This document shows positions 9,086 to 16,134 of a DNA stretch of 16,134 nucleotides, in pieces (position 1 is the stretch's first letter; each line of letters opens with the position of its first letter). Source of the stretch: Octopus sinensis (taxonomy: Eukaryota); assembly GCF_006345805.1 (NCBI RefSeq), contig NW_021825254.1:1-16134 (forward strand), read 5' to 3'. The notes below the pieces were generated by a model. The model was given only the letters and a program-made list of their open reading frames with translations. It was not told the origin of the DNA and made no database searches. The position numbers and the translations under genes were made by a program.

Positions 9086-9346
9086 CTATATATATATATA
9101 CATATATATACATATGTTATATATATATAATATTTCATATATATACATATATATATATACATATGGTATAAACATATATACATATATATATATATACATA
9201 AACTTTTATGGATATTATTTATGAAATATATATATATACATTTATATATATATATATAGATATATATATATATAACTTTATTAATATTGTATATAATATG
9301 CACACATACACACATACATACATACATATATATATGTGTGTGTGTG

Positions 9347-9388
<42 letters not shown>

Positions 9389-9490
9389 ATTGTATGTGTA
9401 TATGTATATATATATATATATTGTGAATAATCGTGCACATATATGAAAATAAAGAGAAACTTAACTACGATACATGCATACATACATAAA
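8070..9490. repeat. (AT)n/(AC)n/(GT)n microsatellite-rich tract
   Basis: Multiple TA-dominated runs separated by short unique spacers. Confidence 0.9.
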
Positions 9491-10179
9491 TATGTATGCT
9501 TCAATTTTTCGAGCGGCCATATTAAATATGGCTTCCAATTGAGTATTTGATAAGTTTGCCCCACTGAGAGTGTCCTTTACAATTACAGTGTTTTGTTTTC
9601 GGTCAAAGAGCAGAGCTGTTATTTTCTGGAATGCTCTCCAAAAATTGATGGCAACTTGGAGAAATTTCAAGTCACATTAGTTCGATCACTATAATTTTCT
9701 ATCTTTTTACATTTTTACCCTATTTTGCAGACATTTTCTACACCTCCACCATAAACCTTTTTACTGCCATCTAACCTCTTTTACTGCGCGGTTTTGAACC
9801 TAGAAAATAACAATCAATCTATATCTTTCACGTTGTCTCTCCCACTATCACTCCTTTTCCTATTTCTGTAATTAACTTCTTCTCCTTTCTTTTTCACTTT
9901 TTCTTTCACATTTGATTATAAGTTTCCATTTTGTTTTTGTTTCTGTTAGTCTGTATAATATATATATTTTTTTTAAATATATGTATTTTCCATCATATTT
10001 TTCTCTATTACTTGTTCGTCTGTATATATCTGTATGTACGTTGCGACTGTTTATCGTTCGGTTCTCTCGCAACGCTTCTTTACCACAACTTACTCTTTCA
10101 CATCATTTTATTACTCTGTGCCTAAACCTCTTTCTCCATCCTGTTTTCTCTAAGCTTTTCACACACAGTCAGATTCATA

Positions 10180-10235
10180 CAGATATATATGATACATATA
10201 TATACATACATCATACAATACATACATACATACAT

Positions 10236-10274
<39 letters not shown>

Positions 10275-10822
10275 CATATATATATATAATATATATGTAA
10301 TATATATATATATACATATTCCTATATGCACATGTATGAATACTCTACATATTCATAATGTATTATACCACACACATACACATACACTAACACAAACATA
10401 GAATAGAGAGGCAGGCAGACATATGTATATTATACTACATATATTACATTATATATATATATATATAATATATATATATATATATTCCTACATGCATACG
10501 TATGCATAATCTTATATATTCAATATTATATACACACACACAAACATTCACCACACACACAGACACACACTCGTATAAATATATCGTTCTCTCTCACAGA
10601 TTTGCCCCGCTTTTCCTGTTTTCTCCACGAAGTGTCTGTAATATTTATTTACATTCATTTTCCTGTCTATTTTTGATATGTAACTTTTTATAACACATAG
10701 TTTTTTACCTTCTCATCTTGACTCGCCATCTCTCCTTCCAACTTACTATTTTTTCTATGGTTTCATACCCTTCTCTTACATGTGTATATACATACACATA
10801 TATATAATATATATCAATATAA

Positions 10823-10862
<40 letters not shown>

Positions 10863-11872
10863 TGTATATATATATATATATATAATATATATGTTGTGTG
10901 TGTGTGTGTGTAAGTGTGTGTGTTGTGTGTGTTTGTGTGTGTGTATACATATGTATATACATATATATATGCGTATATATGTGTGTATGTTTATGTCTGT
11001 ATCACCGTGTGTATGCGTATTTATCTCTTTCCAATTGAAAACTTCCTCTCAAATCAGTGCCTTCATATTTAGCGCGCATATACATACATGCGGTAAGAGA
11101 GGGGTGGGTGGGAGAGGGGGGAAAGATAGAGGGGGAGTGAGAGATGGAGAGTGGGAGTAAAAGAGAGAGAAAGATAGATAAAACTAAACATCACTCTCTC
11201 TTGCATACACTTCATACATATATGCATGTATGAATACAAATACATATACATGTGTGTATGTATGTATGTATACACACACACACACATATATATATACATA
11301 CATATATATACACATATGTACATAAATGGATATACTGATATATATTTATGTACGACTGTAACAATATATATATATATATATATACACATATGTACATAAA
11401 TGGATATACTGATATATATTTATGTACGACTGTAACAATATATATATATATATGTGTGTGTGTGTCTGTGTGTGTGTATGTATATATGCGTGTGTTTGTG
11501 CGTTAGTATATTTATCACTTTTCCATTTAATTCTTCTTTTCAATCAGTCACTTCAATTTTTATGCGCATCCACACACACACACACACACCAAACACACAA
11601 ACACACAAACACATACACGCGTGCACGGCGCGCATATATTTAGATAGATAGTCCGACGTATTATATATATATATATATAGATAGATACATAGTTGGATGT
11701 AAAGTATATTCATTTATACACTGCATACATATGTACATATTGATCTATGTGTGCATGTACTTGTTTGTGTGTGTATATATGTGTGTATATGTGCAAAACG
11801 TTGGTCAGTGTGAATATTTCACGACACTGATGTACGTATGACCATTCTGGTTTGTTCATCTCTCTCTCTCTA

Positions 11873-11903
<31 letters not shown>

Positions 11904-11920
11904 TCTTTCTCCCTCTTTCT
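10180..11920. repeat. (AT)n/(AC)n/(GT)n/(CT)n microsatellite-rich tract including a 74-bp tandem duplication (11311-11452)
   Basis: Dinucleotide runs; CACATATGTACATAAATGG...TGTAACAATATA occurs at 11311 and 11385; (CT)n at ~11858-11920. Confidence 0.9.
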
Positions 11921-12317
11921 GGCAGTCATTTTACATCAATCAATTGACGTAGTTCTTCTCCAAACTTCACTGTTCTTCCTTCAACCGTATCACCTTTAAT
12001 CGTTAATAATTATATTTTGTCCAATTTCAGGACACTGGCCATCAATTACTTCGCGTCTATTATATGATTAGTAATTTAACTAGTGCTATTCCCCACACTC
12101 TACCACAACTAAACACAATCATCACCACCACCATAAAATTTTGACTAACACCACTACCAGTACACAATTCCTAAGTTTCTAGATAGACCAACACCGAAAT
12201 AACAAGAACACCTGAAACAATAAGCTACTAACGGAACCTGTGTGTGTTTGCTTGTTCAGCTAGAAATAACAACCATATTTTTTTAATTCATAGGATTGAA
12301 ATTTTAAAGTGATCTTT

Positions 12318-12630
12318 TGTTAAACAGTAATAACTGCTACACTAAAAGAATTTCCACGCAAAACACTTTTACTCTGTAGATTTTCCACAGTACACGATTT
12401 TCAATATAAACTTCTTTCATATTCAATAATTTCCACTCCTAATAATTTCCATCTACACAAATTTAGTCGGGAATAATGTTAAACTGTAATAACAGCTGCA
12501 CTAAAAAAAATTTCCGTGTGAAACAATTCCACACCGAAGTCTTTCCACAGGACACGATCTTCAGTGTAAGCTGCCTCCATATTCAATAATTTCCACTCCT
12601 TATAATTTCTATCCAAACGAATTTAGTCGG
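12318..12630. repeat. 159/160-bp tandem duplication built from ~15-16-bp TTTCCA-containing subunits
   Basis: TGTTAAAC.GTAATAAC at 12318 and 12477; ATTTAGTCGG ends at 12470 and 12630; ATATTCAATAATTTCCACTCCT is identical in both units. Confidence 0.88.
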
Positions 12631-13119
12631 AACTGATTTTGCATTTTATATGGCTTTCATCACCAGAATACTAGAATTGTACTAGAATTCTGTTCGTATC
12701 AAATTTAGTTACCAATAATTGCCCCAGGCCTCCCCAAGATTCAGCCTTTGGTGCGGTGGGATGGCTTCCATACCACAATGACTTTAGAGCTCTGCCAGTA
12801 GAGCACTTGCTCTTCATAAGACTTCCCATGCTGGACAGGTCAAAGGACAGAGACTAGACAATTTTGAACAATCCCTTCCTAAAGGTCTGCGCAGAGTCAA
12901 CTCCCTTACCAAGCAAAAACACATAATTAATAAAAAATTTTTGATTTAGAAGCAATAATTTTTCGTTCTTTTGTGTGACCATCCTTTCTAAGAAAAAATG
13001 TTTAAAGAATTTTTTATGTTGAAGAAAAAGAAAAAAAAAAGAAAAAAAGTTGGCTAATAATTCAGCACCCTTTATACTCAAAATCATTTCAGGTTAGGAA
13101 AATAAAATAAACTAGCAAT

Positions 13120-13736
13120 CGTTTTTGGGTGAATGTAGTAAACTAGCAAAAAAAAAAAAAAAAAAGGAAAAAGAGTACAAGCACAGACACAATTGGTTTG
13201 GTTAAAGATAATGAGCTGAGTATGTAGAAATAGCAGGCAAGTGTTATGAACCGGAACCAGAGGAACTGATAGAAAAAAAAAAGAAATACAAGACCTTACG
13301 AGATTGTCTCTTAAAATTCACCATATCAGTGAAGCAAAAATACCAAATAGGATCAAATATGATCAAATGTGATCAAGTATGATTCTAGAGGACAAAATAA
13401 ACACACAGAGTAAGATCACACGAACATAGCAATTCTCTATGATAACTGGGTCGATACCAAATAATCTAAAACAATTGAGGAATATCGGAATCTAGCCAGA
13501 GAGCTGGAAAGACTCTCTCTTTACTCTTTTACTCTTTTACTTGTTTCAGTCATTTGACTGCGGCCATGCTGGAGCACCGCCTTTAGTCGAGCAACTCGCC
13601 CCGGGACTTATTCTTTTGTAAACCCAGTACTTATTCTATCGGTCTCTTTTGCCGAACCGCTAACTGACGGGGACGTAAACACACCAGCATCGGTTGTCAA
13701 GCGATGGTGGGGGGACAAACACAGACACACAAACAT

Positions 13737-13810
<74 letters not shown>

Positions 13811-14209
13811 GACAGGCTTCTTTCAGTTTCCGTCTACCAAATCCACTCACAAGGCATTGGTCGGCCCGAGGCTATAGCAGAAGACACTTGCCCAAGATGC
13901 CACGCAGTGGGACTGAACCCGGAACCATGTGGTTGGTTAGCAAGCTACTTACCACACAGCCACTCCTGCGCCTATGGAGTCAAAATCAACAAATACGTTG
14001 TATCTATATGTGCACTTGGCACCACATCTCTATGAGACTCAGAGAGATGGAGACTAGCCTTGACAACTTGCAGATAGGTACCATGTTGCATTCAGCCACA
14101 ATTCTAAGAAATATTCTTGAGATTTGAGAAGATTTATTGTCATCAAACATCAATATAAAGATCCTCGTAATTGAATTATCAAGTAATAGCTTAATAGTAA
14201 TAATAATAA
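13120..14209 (+). mobile_element. Heavily decayed R4/Dong-like RLE retrotransposon 3' end, copy 2, interrupted by a SINE
   Basis: GECSKLA-(A run)-KEYKHRHNW...KCYEPEPEELIE...YKTLRD...IAILYDNWVDTK*SKTIEEYRNLARELERL|W...ICALGT.../LQIGTMLHSATILRNILEI* (stop 14125-14127). A short 3' UTR is followed by a TAA-repeat tail at ~14192-14209. Confidence 0.8.
13515..13972 (-). mobile_element. Apparently full-length tRNA-derived SINE (family A), copy 2
   Basis: Reverse complement of 6395-6821, with A/B boxes, a longer internal (TA)n(TG)n and the (AGTAAAAG)n-type tail. Confidence 0.92.
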
Positions 14210-14218
14210 AATCAAAAA

Positions 14219-14259
14219 TATTATTATTATTATTATTACTATTATTATTATTATTATTA

Positions 14260-14323
<64 letters not shown>

Positions 14324-14388
14324 GATTATTGTTATTGTTATTATTAATATTATTATTATTATTTTTAATTTTATTATTATTATTATTA

Positions 14389-14420
<32 letters not shown>
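14219..14420. repeat. (ATT)n microsatellite
   Basis: Long ATT run. Confidence 0.95.
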
Positions 14421-14425
<5 letters not shown>

Positions 14426-14426
<1 letters not shown>

Positions 14427-14715
14427 CTCCCGCTCCAGAGCGTGGGCTGCGGGGTCACTCCGAAAAGATCTGTCTACGACGATTTCATCTCAATCGAAGG
14501 AGAGGGGCTTTCTCCGTCCGGGTTGCGGATCCGTGAAATAAGCTGGCGGACGAGATAGTGACGATGCCGACGATCGCTAGATTCAAAGTCTCTTTTGACC
14601 ACAAATGGCCTGAATTCTTTGTATGACCACCCTCCCTGCACATAACTCCCTGTCTCCCTACATGGCCTTGCTTTTCCTTTTTGAGACAATAAAAACTGGA
14701 TTGAATTGAATTGAA
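14426..14715 (+). mobile_element. CR1-clade LINE 3' end (ORF2 C-terminus, 3' UTR and (TTGAA)3 tail)
   Basis: TPAPERGLRGHSEKICLRRFHLNRRRGAFSVRVADP*NKLADEIVTMPTIARFKVSFDHKWPEFFV* matches the CR1 pattern RGH..K....R..FS.RV...WN.LP..V...T...FK..LD..W. The W codon has become TGA (14534). Stop at 14624-14626, AATAAA at 14688, TTGAA x3 at 14701-14715. Confidence 0.85.
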
Positions 14716-14733
14716 TTATTATTATTATTATTA

Positions 14734-14785
<52 letters not shown>

Positions 14786-14803
14786 CATTATTATTATTAT
14801 TAT
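14716..14803. repeat. (ATT)n microsatellite
   Basis: ATT run directly after the CR1 tail. Confidence 0.95.
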
Positions 14804-15029
14804 ACAGCTGGTATTTGTTTTGTCGATGAAAAGCAGTAATAATATTAATTATAATAATATCCTTGGTAATATCTCGTACATTGTAGGTAGATGATACTTT
14901 ATGTTATACAAGTGTAAATGAAACATTTGCGTGTATGTATATAAGCGCGCGCGTGTGTGTGCGAGCACTACATCAAGTGGCGCATGCGTGTATGGATGAT
15001 GCATTTATTTTATTAGAGATTGGTTGCTA

Positions 15030-15103
15030 GCTACACGTACACATACACGCATACACATGTATACATATTCATACATACATATTATATATATATATATACA
15101 CAC

Positions 15104-15136
<33 letters not shown>

Positions 15137-15355
15137 CATGTATATAATCTATATAATATATATATATTATATATATTATATATACACACACATGTATATA
15201 TATGCATATATATAGATATATATATATATATATATACACACATGTATATAATGCATATATATATATATATATACACACACATGTATATAATAATGCATAT
15301 ATATATATATATATATAATATATATATATATATATACACACAACATGTATATATA

Positions 15356-15403
<48 letters not shown>

Positions 15404-15577
15404 CACACCCACATATGTGTGAGTAAGTGCATAAATGTATTTGCAGTTGCGCGTGCTCCAATGAAATTGAACATTCTACGTTGTTCTCCGTGTTTAATGT
15501 TACCTCGTTCACTACATTGCCATAAATGGTGGGGAGAGATATGCAGAGCAATGAATGTGTGTGTGCTTGTGTGTGTG

Positions 15578-15651
<74 letters not shown>

Positions 15652-15886
15652 TTATTATTATTATTATTAATAGTAGTAGTAGTATTATATAATATACGTA
15701 TAAATATATACATATATATACATACATGTAGGTGTGAGTATGTATGCCTATGCGTACACACACGCACGCATGCTCACACATACATATGCATGAGTATATA
15801 TATATATATATACATATGTGTGTGTGTGTGAGTGTGTATGCCCGTGCGTACATAGACACATATATGTGTATATATACATATATATA

Positions 15887-15919
<33 letters not shown>

Positions 15920-15936
15920 GAATATGTATATGTATG

Positions 15937-15977
<41 letters not shown>

Positions 15978-16134
15978 TACAACAGACACACACATATATG
16001 CATATATATATATATTCCTATCTATATGAAGTCATAGGAATAAACGTACTTAGGTGAGTGCATGTATATATATAAATATAAATGTGTGTGTGTGCGTGCG
16101 CGTGCGCAGTCACACACAGATATGCATGCAGAAG
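15030..16134. repeat. TA-rich compound micro/minisatellite tract with (TAC)n-(TAT)n at 15578-15668
   Basis: A unit ACACATGTATA..ATGCATATAT.. recurs between ~15130 and 15400; perfect (TAC)n run; dinucleotide runs continue to the window end. Confidence 0.9.

Noticed and set aside
9600-9680. SRAVIFWNALQKLMATWRNFKSH*, resembling a LINE ORF2 C-terminus (WN.LP...FK..L)
   Set aside because: Too short and degenerate to call without a search.
9690-9800. Strong splice acceptor at 9729-9730
   Set aside because: All downstream frames close quickly and no donor is evident; likewise the acceptor at 12029-12030.
7808-11651. Numerous [12 protein letters not shown] ORFs
   Set aside because: Translations of dinucleotide repeats; the same applies to 15020-16057.
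12745-12880. Possible RTE-LINE 5' region relic (GCTGGACAGGTCAAAGGACAGAGACTAGAC)
   Set aside because: Only a vague remembered resemblance, and no endonuclease-coding sequence follows.

Overview
Eukaryotic non-coding (intronic or intergenic) DNA, saturated with microsatellites: (GAT)n, GGT-rich tracts, (TAG)n, (AAT)n, (AT)n/(AC)n and (TAC)n. The repeat content and SINEs look like an Octopus (coleoid cephalopod) genome; this is pattern recognition, not a search result. There is no intact protein-coding gene, and almost all ORF-track entries are translations of simple repeats. Recognisable elements: (1) two decayed R4/Dong-like non-LTR retrotransposon 3' ends with restriction-like endonuclease (RLE) motifs, both ending in (TAA)n and each associated with a SINE insertion; (2) two near-identical tRNA-derived SINEs in opposite orientation, each with an internal microsatellite; (3) two truncated copies of a second SINE family; (4) a CR1-clade LINE 3' end and a probable second LINE 3' UTR stub; (5) a ~560-bp non-coding element flanked by (AAT)n; (6) a TA-flanked MITE-like hairpin, a 24-bp minisatellite and a 159/160-bp higher-order tandem duplication. 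Weak gene signals are a possible GPCR-like exon (325-416) and a 28-codon Cys-rich sORF (4743-4829). I cannot support a novel biological system from this sequence. The most interesting theme is a set of retroelements clustered on (TAA/ATT)n arrays.
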